From: an uncultured virus (IMG/VR IMGVR_UViG_3300013121_000030) | Taxonomy: Duplodnaviria; Heunggongvirae; Uroviricota; Caudoviricetes | Reading direction: 5' to 3' (one strand) | Virus record (IMG/VR): IMGVR_UViG_3300013121_000030 | Location: 96,001-160,000 of that record | Length of the DNA stretch: 64,000 nt | Shown here: piece by piece, positions 36,956-46,306 of the stretch | How the letters are laid out: each line of letters begins with the position of its first letter | Numbering within the stretch: position 1 is the stretch's first letter | Position numbers and translations under genes: made by a program | The notes under the pieces: model-generated | What the model saw: the letters and a program-made list of their open reading frames with translations, nothing else | Told to the model about the DNA's origin: nothing | The model's database searches: none

Positions 36956-37762
36956 GTGATTTACTTGGGGTTGGATCCGTCATTGACAAATTTTGGGTGG
37001 GCTCTTGTGGAGAGCTTGGATGGTGAAGTTCTTCGGGTGCGGGATCGCGGGAGATTTCAAACGGGCCCAGATGAATTTCCCGATTTTGTGGCAAGGTACT
37101 GCCACATCCGGGCTTGTGTTTTGCGTCTCCTTCGCAAAACACGTCCTACCGCAGTAGGGATTGAGCACAGCATCTTCAGCGGCTATTTCACCGAGGGCAT
37201 GTATGGCCTTTTCCTTTTTACAATGGAAGCCATCCGGGAGTCCCGCAAAGATGTGGTGATGTTCTCACCAGACCAAGTGAAGTTGTTTGCGAGGGAGAAA
37301 TTGGGGAGACCGCGATGGTGGAAGATGAAGAAGTCGGACATGGTGGAGGCTGCGCAGGCTTACCAAGTGCCTGACTACTCAAAGCCAGATCGGGGTACAA
37401 AGTCCCGACGATGGGACCACAACGAGGCGGATGCGTTTCACGTTGCAGCAGCATCCGCAAGGTTTTGGCAGACCTTCCACAAAATCATCCCTCCGTCGTC
37501 ATTGACGGAGGACGAATTGCGGATCTTTTTGGGCGGAAAGCGCACAAACAAGGGGATCAAGACTTCTCCAAAAGGGTTTGTGTACCGTCCCAACGATCGG
37601 TTTTACAAGTGGGGTCAATCCTCAACACTGACGGAAATCGTCAGGGAATTTGAGCGGGAAATTCATGGCACGACCGAAAAAGACCAGCGAGACCATTCAG
37701 CCAACTCAGAGCGCTCTTCAACGAACGAGGGAAGCTCTGGAGAAGGTTCTGAACAAGGATGA
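36956..37762 (+). CDS. ruvC: RuvC-like Holliday junction resolvase
   Basis: YLGLDPSLTNFGWA, VGIE, K..M, HNEADA. Confidence 0.82.
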   Translation: MIYLGLDPSLTNFGWALVESLDGEVLRVRDRGRFQTGPDEFPDFVARYCHIRACVLRLLRKTRPTAVGIEHSIFSGYFTEGMYGLFLFTMEAIRESRKDVVMFSPDQVKLFAREKLGRPRWWKMKKSDMVEAAQAYQVPDYSKPDRGTKSRRWDHNEADAFHVAAASARFWQTFHKIIPPSSLTEDELRIFLGGKRTNKGIKTSPKGFVYRPNDRFYKWGQSSTLTEIVREFEREIHGTTEKDQRDHSANSERSSTNEGSSGEGSEQG

Positions 37763-38882
37763 CCAAGACTACGAGGTGGAGCTGGACCCCTCAAAATTCA
37801 AGGTAGTCCAACCCGTTCTCAAGACGGGATCTATCATCGTGGACAACTTCCTGGGGGGATCCCCCAATACATATGGGGTGGTGCCATTTCCTGGCATCCC
37901 CAAGGGGAGGGTCATGAATCTTTATGGTCATGAGTCTTCTGGGAAGACCACCCTGGCTCTCACAATCGCGGCTCAGACGATTCGTGATGGCGGGACGGTG
38001 GCATATATTGACTGGGAGCAGGAGATCAACCCCACTTACGCCGAGACCATTGGGATCCCCATTGGGGACAAGTCGAAGTTCATGCTGACCCAGCCCAACA
38101 CCCTGGAGCAGGGGTGTAAGATTGCAGCAACGGCAATGGCTGCTGGGGTGTCTCTGATCGTCCTGGACTCAGTGGGTTCAGCTCAGCCCCAGAAGCTCAA
38201 GGAGCAGAAGATCGGCGACCTGGGAGAGCCCCAGAGAATCGGGTTGGCCAATCAGTTTTGGTCCAACGCCTTCTTTCCGAAGGTGAAACCCATCCTCAAC
38301 AAGACCGGGACGGTGCTCCTCGGCATCTCCCAAACCCGCGCGAATATTCAGACGACGGGCTACGGAGGGGACACCATAACGGTTCAAGGAGGGAACCCGT
38401 GGAAGTTCTATTCAGCGCTTCGGCTCCGTCTCCAGAGGATTCAAACGGATAAGGGAAAGAAGTTCAACCCCATCAAAAATGAATGGGAGGACGCTCCTGT
38501 TGGGATGTTTGTCAAGATCAAGGCAGACAAGATCAAGTTCTCGAACCAGCAGGGAAACGAAGAGGTCATCTACATCCGTTTTGGCCAGGGGGTAGACAAC
38601 CTTCGCTCCATCATTGAGGTGGCCATTCGCTATGGTGTGGTGAGCAAGGGAGGGGCGTGGTATGTGTGGCATCAGCCACAGGGTGAGGATGTCAAATTCC
38701 AGGGGGTTGACAAGCTTCAGGCATTTGTGGCTTCAGATGCAGCACGTACGGCGGCTATGTTTGGGCAAGTGCAGAAGAAGATGCAAGAGGCGTTCTCATC
38801 TTCAACGCAAGTTGCTGTAGCCGACGATATCGCGGCGGAGCTGGCCGGCGAACTCGACGGCATGTTCGCTGAGTTCGACTGA
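37665..38882 (+). CDS. recA: RecA/UvsX recombinase
   Basis: YGHESSGKTTL, IVLDSV, ISQTR, GGNPWKFYS, GGAWY. Confidence 0.93.
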   Translation: MARPKKTSETIQPTQSALQRTREALEKVLNKDDQDYEVELDPSKFKVVQPVLKTGSIIVDNFLGGSPNTYGVVPFPGIPKGRVMNLYGHESSGKTTLALTIAAQTIRDGGTVAYIDWEQEINPTYAETIGIPIGDKSKFMLTQPNTLEQGCKIAATAMAAGVSLIVLDSVGSAQPQKLKEQKIGDLGEPQRIGLANQFWSNAFFPKVKPILNKTGTVLLGISQTRANIQTTGYGGDTITVQGGNPWKFYSALRLRLQRIQTDKGKKFNPIKNEWEDAPVGMFVKIKADKIKFSNQQGNEEVIYIRFGQGVDNLRSIIEVAIRYGVVSKGGAWYVWHQPQGEDVKFQGVDKLQAFVASDAARTAAMFGQVQKKMQEAFSSSTQVAVADDIAAELAGELDGMFAEFD

Positions 38883-38895
38883 TCACAGGAGCCCC

Positions 38896-40002
38896 ATGCC
38901 ATTCAGTGTCCGAGTCAAAAACTTTCAGTCTCTCAAAGATGTGAAAATTGAGGTGGAGGGGTTGACTGTGGTGACCGGAACCAATAATGCGGGTAAGTCT
39001 GCTTTGGTTCGGGCACTCCACGGAGCCTTCTCCAACACCCGTGGCTCGGATTTTGTTCGGCATGGGGAGTCCTCCTCTTCGGTGGAAGTCCTTTTCAAAG
39101 ATGGGCATTCTGTTCTTTGGGAGAAGGGACCCAAGACAAATCGATATGTAGTGGATGGCCAGGTTTTGGATCGTGCCGAACGAGGGCCCCCAACCGATGT
39201 GCAAAATCTTGGTGTCCGAGCGATTCAGGCAGGAGGGATGGATCTGTGGCCACAGGTTGCACGTCAGTTAGACGGAGTGGTCTTCCTTTTTGACCAGCAA
39301 GGCCATGTCATGGCCGAGGCGGTGTCGGATGCAGAGAGGGTCACAGTCCTCACGAAGGCTCTCCGGCTGTCTGAATCCGAGTCCAGGCAAACCAACTCCG
39401 AGGTAAAAATCAGAAAGAGGGATTTGGAGGAAATCCGGGCCAGAGAGGCTATCTTTGTGGGCCTCGGTCCTCTCCAGGAGGAGTTCAAGATCCTTCGAGC
39501 GCGTGAGGATGCGTGTCGGGCGAGGGAAGCGAGCCTGGAGAAATGGAAGGGAGTCCTGGAGAGATGGCAGCACTGCAAGAAAGAGATCCGTCTCCTTGCT
39601 GACGTGGATCGAGTTTCCAGTCTCCTACCTCGACCAGAAGCTGTTGGGGCCATTCCTTCAAAACTAAAGAGCATTGACTCCCTGAAGAATCTCCAAGCCT
39701 CTTACCAGGCAAAAAAGGTCCAGGCCCAACGGTGGCATGGGGTGAGTTTTTCGGAGGTGGCCGATGCCGCGGAGGACATCAAAGGTGGACTGGAAAAAGT
39801 TCGCCAGCGACACCAAACGCTGATCTCTCTTCGAGAGATTCATCAGAAAATCAAGGACAGCGAGAGGGTTGCCGAATCCATCCGTAAGGATGAGGGCAAC
39901 CTTCTGAAAACCATCCAGGAAGTCCACGAAGCTCTGGAACGCCTAGTTCAGGCAGGGGAAAGGTGCCCGACCTGTAGCCAGGAGATCAAAGGACTGCCAT
40001 GA
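38896..40002 (+). CDS. SbcC/Rad50 N-terminal half (Walker A, Q-loop, coiled coil, terminal Zn hook)
   Basis: VKNFQS, GTNNAGKS, C-terminal CPTC; no Walker B. Confidence 0.85.
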   Translation: MPFSVRVKNFQSLKDVKIEVEGLTVVTGTNNAGKSALVRALHGAFSNTRGSDFVRHGESSSSVEVLFKDGHSVLWEKGPKTNRYVVDGQVLDRAERGPPTDVQNLGVRAIQAGGMDLWPQVARQLDGVVFLFDQQGHVMAEAVSDAERVTVLTKALRLSESESRQTNSEVKIRKRDLEEIRAREAIFVGLGPLQEEFKILRAREDACRAREASLEKWKGVLERWQHCKKEIRLLADVDRVSSLLPRPEAVGAIPSKLKSIDSLKNLQASYQAKKVQAQRWHGVSFSEVADAAEDIKGGLEKVRQRHQTLISLREIHQKIKDSERVAESIRKDEGNLLKTIQEVHEALERLVQAGERCPTCSQEIKGLP

Positions 40003-40976
40003 TTTCTCTGTTGTGGAGGACAGACGTTCATATCTCAGATCATACGCCCGTATCTCGCAAGGATGTATGGTCCGAAACGGTGTTGTCAAAGCTGATCCAA
40101 ATTGGGGAGCTGTGTCGACAACATCGGGTGGATGCAGTTTTGGATGGTGGGGACTTCTTCAGTGATAAGACCCCATCGAGGGTGAGCCATGAGCTGGTGA
40201 CGAGGATTTCCCGTGTTCACGCGGGCTATCCGTGCCCCATCTTGGCGAATGTTGGGAACCACGATGTTCCCTATGCAAAGCTATCCAAACTTCCAGAATC
40301 CCCTCTGGAAACGTTGTTTGTCGCTGGGGTTTTCCGGAGGTGCTATGAGGAGTACGAGTCGATCCTTGAGAAGGATGGGGTAAAGGTTCGGGTGGTGGGG
40401 ATTCCTTACCATGGGACGAAGTACGATCTGGAGAGGTTTCAAGTCAAAAAGAAGGATGAGGACTATCTCGTGGTCATGGCCCATGTACTTGCGAGCCCTG
40501 TTAAGACCACAATGTTCGAGAGAGAGGACATCGTTCAATATGCACTTCTGGAGGAGTTGGGGCCGGAAGTGAATGTGTGGTGTTTTGGCCATTGGCACTT
40601 GGACCAAGGGGTGACTCGTCTTCCGGGAGGTTCCTACGTTGTGAACGTGGGGAGCCTGACTCGTGGGAGTCTTGTAGAGGATTCCCTTAGCCGCATTCCC
40701 AAAGTGGTTTTGCTTCAATTCGGAGACGACTTAAAGGTCCAGGAGGTACCGTTGGTGGTGGTTCCTGGAATGGATGTTTTCGATGTCCACCGGAGGATCA
40801 CGGAAGAGACAGATGAGGTGATGCTATCAATCTTTTCCAGGTCGTTGACCGCATCCCTGAGCGCGGTGGACCAGAGCGTTTCCCTGGAGGACCAAGTTAG
40901 GCAGACAGTCCAACAGGGAGATGTTCGGGACCTAGTTCTGGATTTTATCGGTCGTGCTCGCCACGACATGAAGTAG
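39999..40976 (+). CDS. SbcD/Mre11-like metallophosphoesterase nuclease
   Basis: TDVH, GGDFF, GNHD, GHWH, NVGSLTR. Confidence 0.9.
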   Translation: MISLLWRTDVHISDHTPVSRKDVWSETVLSKLIQIGELCRQHRVDAVLDGGDFFSDKTPSRVSHELVTRISRVHAGYPCPILANVGNHDVPYAKLSKLPESPLETLFVAGVFRRCYEEYESILEKDGVKVRVVGIPYHGTKYDLERFQVKKKDEDYLVVMAHVLASPVKTTMFEREDIVQYALLEELGPEVNVWCFGHWHLDQGVTRLPGGSYVVNVGSLTRGSLVEDSLSRIPKVVLLQFGDDLKVQEVPLVVVPGMDVFDVHRRITEETDEVMLSIFSRSLTASLSAVDQSVSLEDQVRQTVQQGDVRDLVLDFIGRARHDMK

Positions 40977-40982
40977 GTTCAT

Positions 40983-41849
40983 ATGAGTGCCTCAGTCCTT
41001 TCGTGGTCGGATGTCTCAACTTATTCGACCTGCCCCAGAAAATTTTTGTGGTCGATGGGGTGGCCTGGGATTGATGTGGGAGGAGGACCAGGCCGAAGGA
41101 AGCCCTGTCCAATCCACGTTGAAAAGAAGCATGCCTTGATGGGGCAAGCAATCCAGCAGGTCTTGGAGGACTTCTACAATTTTCGTATTTGGGAGAGGTT
41201 CCCTGAGGAGGATCGCTTAGCATCTGCACTGACGAAGCTGACGGAGGCTAGAGTCCGCCAAGCCTATTTGCGGAGAAAAGGGCCTCCCGACCCCATAATC
41301 TTCACCGAGATGCTCGACACCTGCACACAAGGAGTGTTGGGGTTTGTCCCAACACTGAAGGGGTCTGGGTTCTGGGGGATGGAGATGAAGCCGGAAGTCC
41401 CACTGGAGATGGACGTGGGAGATGGGGTGAAAATTGGTGGGAGAGTGGACTTTTTGGTGGAGCCCCAAGATGGGGGGATGATTCTTGATGGAAAGAACTC
41501 CCAGTCCAAGAAAAACGTGGATCCGGACCAGCTGAGGTGGTATGGGGTTCTCTTCAAGAGCCATTATGGGATCCCACCCAAGTCGTTGGGGTTTGTCTGG
41601 TATCGACATCCCTATGTCTCAGGGACCCCCGAGACTGGGATTACGTGGCACACCATGACTCCCCAGGATGAGTCCAGGATGGTAGAGAAGGCGAAGAAAG
41701 TGAGATTTAGGATGGACGATCACCAATTTGATCCGCAACCCTCAGCCGCAAACTGCAGATTTTGCGATTATGCTTCGGTTTGTTCGGAACGTTTTACATC
41801 GGCATCATCGGGTGACTTTCCAGAAGGGCCCATGAGCCTCGGAGGATGA
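40983..41849 (+). CDS. PD-(D/E)xK RecB/Cas4-like exonuclease
   Basis: CPRKF, GRVDF, ILDGK, QL.WY, C..C.Y...C Fe-S Cys cluster. Confidence 0.85.
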   Translation: MSASVLSWSDVSTYSTCPRKFLWSMGWPGIDVGGGPGRRKPCPIHVEKKHALMGQAIQQVLEDFYNFRIWERFPEEDRLASALTKLTEARVRQAYLRRKGPPDPIIFTEMLDTCTQGVLGFVPTLKGSGFWGMEMKPEVPLEMDVGDGVKIGGRVDFLVEPQDGGMILDGKNSQSKKNVDPDQLRWYGVLFKSHYGIPPKSLGFVWYRHPYVSGTPETGITWHTMTPQDESRMVEKAKKVRFRMDDHQFDPQPSAANCRFCDYASVCSERFTSASSGDFPEGPMSLGG

Positions 41850-41853
41850 GATT

Positions 41854-42126
41854 ATGTCTGCAACATTTGAGGTATTGCTCCGCAGGTACAACACTCTCCA
41901 GAGTGAACTCCAACGGATCCAGGGCCGCAAGGAAGAGGCCGAGCGTCAGCTTGAGTCCTTGCGAACAGCATGCATAGCGAAGCAAATTGATCCTGAGACT
42001 CTGGGGGAAAGAATCCAAAATATGGAGAGCGACTTGGCACGTGAGATGGCTTCTTTGGAGGGGGACCTGACACGTGTTGAAAAGGAAGCCTCAGTGCTAT
42101 TGAAGCAGGCAATGGAAGGTGCTTGA
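41854..42126 (+). CDS. small coiled-coil protein (candidate middle piece of split SbcC)
   Basis: 90 aa of near-continuous heptads. Confidence 0.6.
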   Translation: MSATFEVLLRRYNTLQSELQRIQGRKEEAERQLESLRTACIAKQIDPETLGERIQNMESDLAREMASLEGDLTRVEKEASVLLKQAMEGA

Positions 42127-43334
42127 TGGAAATCGCAGTTGGCAGGAGAGATTTGGAGAAGGCAATGGCGTTGGCCTCCCTTGCACTGGGGCCGTCGTCG
42201 GCTGACGACTTCACTCGTTTGGTGCTCGTTCGGGTTTCAGAATCTGGTCCTTCGGGTCGGATTGATCTGATAACGTCCACGGGGAAATTGGGATCTCGGG
42301 TCCCGATCCTTGTGGAGACAGACTTGCCTGTGGGTCACCAATTTGCAATCGAAGGCTGGCGTCTGAAGCAATGGGTGGCTTCGGCGACGGAGGAGGTGAT
42401 TAGGTTTCGGGTGGAGGATAAATCCCCTGTTCGAGCCTCCACTTCACGGGGGAGTGTTATGCTTCCAGCTTTTGACCCAGGGGGGTTCAAAAACTGGGAG
42501 ACAATGGCATCTCCGATGCCTGTTCCTTCATCCAAAGTTGACGCCAAGAAGCTCCACAGTGCTCTCTCCTATGCCAAGTCGTTTGTTGGGGAGTCAAACC
42601 CAACAAACCCCGGAACAGCGGTTCTGGAAGTCAGCCAGGGAACCTTGCGGGCTACGGATCTTAAGGCCCTTGCGATCATTGAGGTTGAGGAGATTTCTCG
42701 ACGCAACCTCCGCATCCACGGGAAGGACGTTGGGGCCTTCTTGTCCTTCTTGGCAGCGGTAGAGGGTGAGGTTGAACTCCAGGACCACGCCCTATTTCTT
42801 GTAGCAGAGACGGAGGCGGGAGAAGTTTTTGTTGTTATACGACCTTCTTCCGACTATGAGTTCCCGACAATCAACATCTCGACCAACACAAATGATCCCT
42901 ACTGGGTTGAGATCGACCCGTCCGAGTTGAGGTCGTCAATTACCAGCTTGATTGCTGGGGCGGAGCGAGAGGATCACCTGGTAAACCTCAAGCTCCGGAA
43001 AAGTGAAGATCTTACGCAAGAGATTGGGCTCGTGGTGGGGATGAGGCCCGTTGTTCCTTCACAGGGAGTCCTCAACGAGGTCCGAGTGGGGTGTTTCTCG
43101 TCTGGCGGGACCCCAGATGCGGTCCCTTTCCCTAAGTCTGGAGTTGAGGTGGACTACCACTACCTCAATAAGTTGGTTGCGGGCCGGAAGGAGCGGATCC
43201 GACTTGGGTTTCATGTGATGATTGGAGCAGAGGCTCACCGAAAGAACGGTTGGGTTCAAATGCGCGAGGAGAGGGACGGGTACCGATCTTTTACGTTGGT
43301 GAAGTGGGCCCGTTCAGTTGAGGATTTGGGATGA
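42126..43334 (+). CDS. dnaN: DNA polymerase III beta sliding clamp-like
   Basis: About 400 aa; LRATD, ..YEFP, V.VDY.YL patterns; clamp-loader genes in the same module. Confidence 0.6.
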   Translation: MEIAVGRRDLEKAMALASLALGPSSADDFTRLVLVRVSESGPSGRIDLITSTGKLGSRVPILVETDLPVGHQFAIEGWRLKQWVASATEEVIRFRVEDKSPVRASTSRGSVMLPAFDPGGFKNWETMASPMPVPSSKVDAKKLHSALSYAKSFVGESNPTNPGTAVLEVSQGTLRATDLKALAIIEVEEISRRNLRIHGKDVGAFLSFLAAVEGEVELQDHALFLVAETEAGEVFVVIRPSSDYEFPTINISTNTNDPYWVEIDPSELRSSITSLIAGAEREDHLVNLKLRKSEDLTQEIGLVVGMRPVVPSQGVLNEVRVGCFSSGGTPDAVPFPKSGVEVDYHYLNKLVAGRKERIRLGFHVMIGAEAHRKNGWVQMREERDGYRSFTLVKWARSVEDLG

Positions 43335-43975
43335 CTCTTTCGTCACGAATGGTGAATCTTGGGGGTGTCATCTCCAAGATTGAGGGTCTCAGTGAGGCTA
43401 CGAGGCTCCAGCGTCAATCGGTGGAGGTGCGCTTGGCGCACCTCCAAAACCATTCACGACTCTTGGTCCTCTCAGGCGAGATATTGAGGCATATGATCGA
43501 TGCTTCTATCTCATCGGCGGTGACTTCGGCCGCAGCCCTTCAAACCGAGGGGTTGCGGGAGATATTTTTTGACCAGAAGCTTCTTGTTAAACATGAAGTG
43601 GAGGAGGTTCGGGGGAAGATCTCGGTTCGATTTCCTATCGAAAACTCGTCGGGGGGGATTGTGGTCGTTGGGGACAGCCTGGACACATTTGGCGGCTCCA
43701 TTTTGACTGTCCAATCGATCCTCTTGAGGATCACAGTGATGTTCCGTAGGGGGTTGAGACCAGTTTTGCTGCTGGACGAGACGTTGGCGGCTGTGGCGGA
43801 CAAGTATGTTGAAAGGACTGGGAAGTTTTTGTCTCTTCTGTGCAACCGACTGGGCATGGACATCTTGATGGTCACCCACGATGATGCCGTCGTGAAGATG
43901 GCCGATCGGGCTTACAATGTGACCAAGGTGGCTGGGGAGGCGGTCTTCAAGCCGCTCTTGACCTCACCTCGATAG
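43331..43975 (+). CDS. SbcC/Rad50 C-terminal half
   Basis: Short coiled coil, signature FGGS, Walker B LLLDE, H-loop VTH, ADRAY. Confidence 0.85.
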   Translation: MTLSSRMVNLGGVISKIEGLSEATRLQRQSVEVRLAHLQNHSRLLVLSGEILRHMIDASISSAVTSAAALQTEGLREIFFDQKLLVKHEVEEVRGKISVRFPIENSSGGIVVVGDSLDTFGGSILTVQSILLRITVMFRRGLRPVLLLDETLAAVADKYVERTGKFLSLLCNRLGMDILMVTHDDAVVKMADRAYNVTKVAGEAVFKPLLTSPR

Positions 43976-43986
43976 TAGATTGTGAC

Positions 43987-44484
43987 ATGAAGACTGAGGG
44001 AGCAATCCGACATCGTTTGGGGCAGGTCATTTTCCGGTACCGGAAGAGATTTGTCGAGCAGAGCAGTCTCCCTTCCCCCCTCAACTGTAAACATAATGGA
44101 GAGGTGCGATTGCCGATCCTTCCTTCCCAAGGGGGGTCGTCTGCCATCCATGTCTGCCGCTATCATTCTCAGGACGGGGACTGGAATAATGTCGTCTGTG
44201 ACCTGATGTTTGGAGGTCTCAGCACAGCACGATCATGCCCCCTCTTCGAGGCACTCTTTTCTCCAGAGCAGCTCAAGCAACAGTTCAACGAAGAAGTTCG
44301 CAAGGTGATGGCCAATGCTCAAGGGGAAGATCCGAAGGCACAGGAGGTGGCGAGGATGGTCTTGAGCCGAAAATTCCCGGATGCAGCCATGCTTTTGTGG
44401 GTTCTTGGGTCTGGAGAAGACCTGGAGGACATTCAGGAAGAACCACCAGCTCCTGAAGAGGCCAAAGATGTCGACAATCTTTGA
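43987..44484 (+). CDS. hypothetical Cys-containing protein
   Basis: NCKHN...C...CD...CPLF. Confidence 0.65.
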   Translation: MKTEGAIRHRLGQVIFRYRKRFVEQSSLPSPLNCKHNGEVRLPILPSQGGSSAIHVCRYHSQDGDWNNVVCDLMFGGLSTARSCPLFEALFSPEQLKQQFNEEVRKVMANAQGEDPKAQEVARMVLSRKFPDAAMLLWVLGSGEDLEDIQEEPPAPEEAKDVDNL

Positions 44485-45034
44485 TGTGCAAGAGTTTGGC
44501 TCCTTGGTGGGGAACTCCTCAACAAGGAGTCTCCAGTTCATGGAATTCACAGTGGACCCTCTTTATGGTCCGTTTTTGGCCTCTGGGACGAGAAAGCTTC
44601 TGTGGGTGGATAAGCTTCGCCCGGGAAACCGTTTGCGGGTCGCGCTTTGCGACTTGGACAAGCTTACCGATTTTGCAGTTCTCAAGTCTATCTTGATCCG
44701 AGCTGAATATTCGGGGTGGGGATCTGTGTTCCCGTGGTCTCCGGAGGGCCTGAAGGCCTCCGAGGATAGGTTTCGGATGTATGGGATGGCTGGGACGAGA
44801 GTCCTGGCTCCCGCAGAGGATGTCGAGGAACTCAAGTTGTGGGGTGCTCCTGTGGAGGCCCATACAGGCCTCCACGGAGGGTGGTCGGTGATGATCTCAG
44901 GTTCGGGGCCACTTGGGGTACTTGGGCTTGTAGGTTCAAATCGAGCTTTTTTGATGGCTCAAAATACATCGAGGGCCGTCAATTTTCTGAGGAAGCCCAA
45001 TGATCTCCGAAGCAGGCATGGCATGGATGGGTGA
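44468..45034 (+). CDS. hypothetical protein
   Basis: ORF 44381..45034, probable ATG 44468. Confidence 0.55.
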   Translation: MSTIFDVQEFGSLVGNSSTRSLQFMEFTVDPLYGPFLASGTRKLLWVDKLRPGNRLRVALCDLDKLTDFAVLKSILIRAEYSGWGSVFPWSPEGLKASEDRFRMYGMAGTRVLAPAEDVEELKLWGAPVEAHTGLHGGWSVMISGSGPLGVLGLVGSNRAFLMAQNTSRAVNFLRKPNDLRSRHGMDG

Positions 45035-45692
45035 AGCTCTTCGAGAACTTGTTCTCGACAGCTTCTCTGAAATGTATGTGCAAAGCCGGGGTGTCAACAC
45101 CCAGTTGATTCAGAAGCTGGGGCTGGTGACGTGGCAGTGCCCATCAACCCCGTGTCCAGACGACACGGGGAGGTTCCTCTATGGCCCATATGGGGAGAGG
45201 TTGGAGGGGCGTTTGATGATGCCCTGGTTCTCTCCTTCGGGGTCCCTGGTCAGTTTCGAGTCTCGTCCTCCATTTGAGAAGGATCTTTTAAAGATCCAGG
45301 GCCCTTCTGCACGTTGGATCCCCGTGTGGGCAGGGATGCCTTTTTCAATGCCAGAGATCGCACGACAGCGTCGCGTTGTTCTTGTGGAAGGGTTCTTTGA
45401 TGCAGTCCCTTTTTGGAGGAATTTTCCTACGACGCCTGTCTTGGCATGTGGCACCTCAAAGCTGTCATGGAACCAGAGAAGATTTTTGCTCCGGTGGGTG
45501 AGGGAGGTGATCGTGATTTTTGACCATGACGATGCGGGTATCTCTGGGGTTGAGCAGGTTCGCAAGGCGATGGGACAAGAAGTTGCGGTTCGCCCCTTTT
45601 GCACGTTCGGGCAGGTTGGGGAGGATCCTTCGTCTTTCTGGGCAAGAGTTGGGGATCATGGGTTTCTCCAAGAATTTGCGATGGTAGCGTAG
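45000..45692 (+). CDS. DnaG-like primase catalytic/Toprim domain lacking the Zn-binding domain
   Basis: Y..SRG, RLMMP, LVEGFFDA, GT, FDHDDAG, EDP. Confidence 0.8.
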   Translation: MISEAGMAWMGEALRELVLDSFSEMYVQSRGVNTQLIQKLGLVTWQCPSTPCPDDTGRFLYGPYGERLEGRLMMPWFSPSGSLVSFESRPPFEKDLLKIQGPSARWIPVWAGMPFSMPEIARQRRVVLVEGFFDAVPFWRNFPTTPVLACGTSKLSWNQRRFLLRWVREVIVIFDHDDAGISGVEQVRKAMGQEVAVRPFCTFGQVGEDPSSFWARVGDHGFLQEFAMVA

Positions 45693-45707
45693 TCCGGGAG
45701 TAAAAAA

Positions 45708-46277
45708 ATGGTAGACCGATTCAAGGCAGGATCCAAGTCAGACGCTCTTAAAATCCTCGTGGAACTTATCCACGAGGCACATCCACATCTGTCTCTCATC
45801 CAGGACCAGATCGTGATTATGTTCCGTGAGGATGTGAAGGTCCCTCTGGGGAAGGTCTCGAAGGTCTCTCCGAAGCTGTCTGAGTGGACAGAGCAGGCAT
45901 TCACCTACCTCGTCGAGATTGAGTTGCCAGCCCCACTGTGGAACACCTGGGATGAAAACACCAGGCGAGCTGTGATGGACCACTGGATGTGCGCAATCGC
46001 CGTCAAGGAAGACGAGGAGTCAGACAAGATCTCGGTGAAGATCCGAGAACCCGAGATTTGCTACTATGCGGATGAAATGTCGAGGTATGGGGAGTACCTC
46101 CCTGTGGACGACGGTGCATGGCTGGCGTTTGAGAAGATTGTAGAGTCCAAGAACAACATGAGGGCGTCTATGCCTCCTCCTGTGGTCAAAGGTCCCAAAT
46201 TGCCACCCCCCAAGAAGGGTGCTTCACCTAAGAAGGGGACAGAGACCGCAGAGGATGACTCCGAGTCCTCGAACTAA
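45708..46277 (+). CDS. phage metallopeptidase-like protein (degenerate HExxH)
   Basis: LGKVSK...W......RAVMDHWMCA...F/Y..E..RYG pattern. Confidence 0.5.
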   Translation: MVDRFKAGSKSDALKILVELIHEAHPHLSLIQDQIVIMFREDVKVPLGKVSKVSPKLSEWTEQAFTYLVEIELPAPLWNTWDENTRRAVMDHWMCAIAVKEDEESDKISVKIREPEICYYADEMSRYGEYLPVDDGAWLAFEKIVESKNNMRASMPPPVVKGPKLPPPKKGASPKKGTETAEDDSESSN

Positions 46278-46306
46278 GGGAGAGCCACCATGGGTATGAG
46301 AGACCC

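Noticed and set aside
38896-43975. SbcC halves as pseudogene fragments
   Set aside because: Both halves keep intact motifs and are closely coupled to their neighbours, separated by whole genes.
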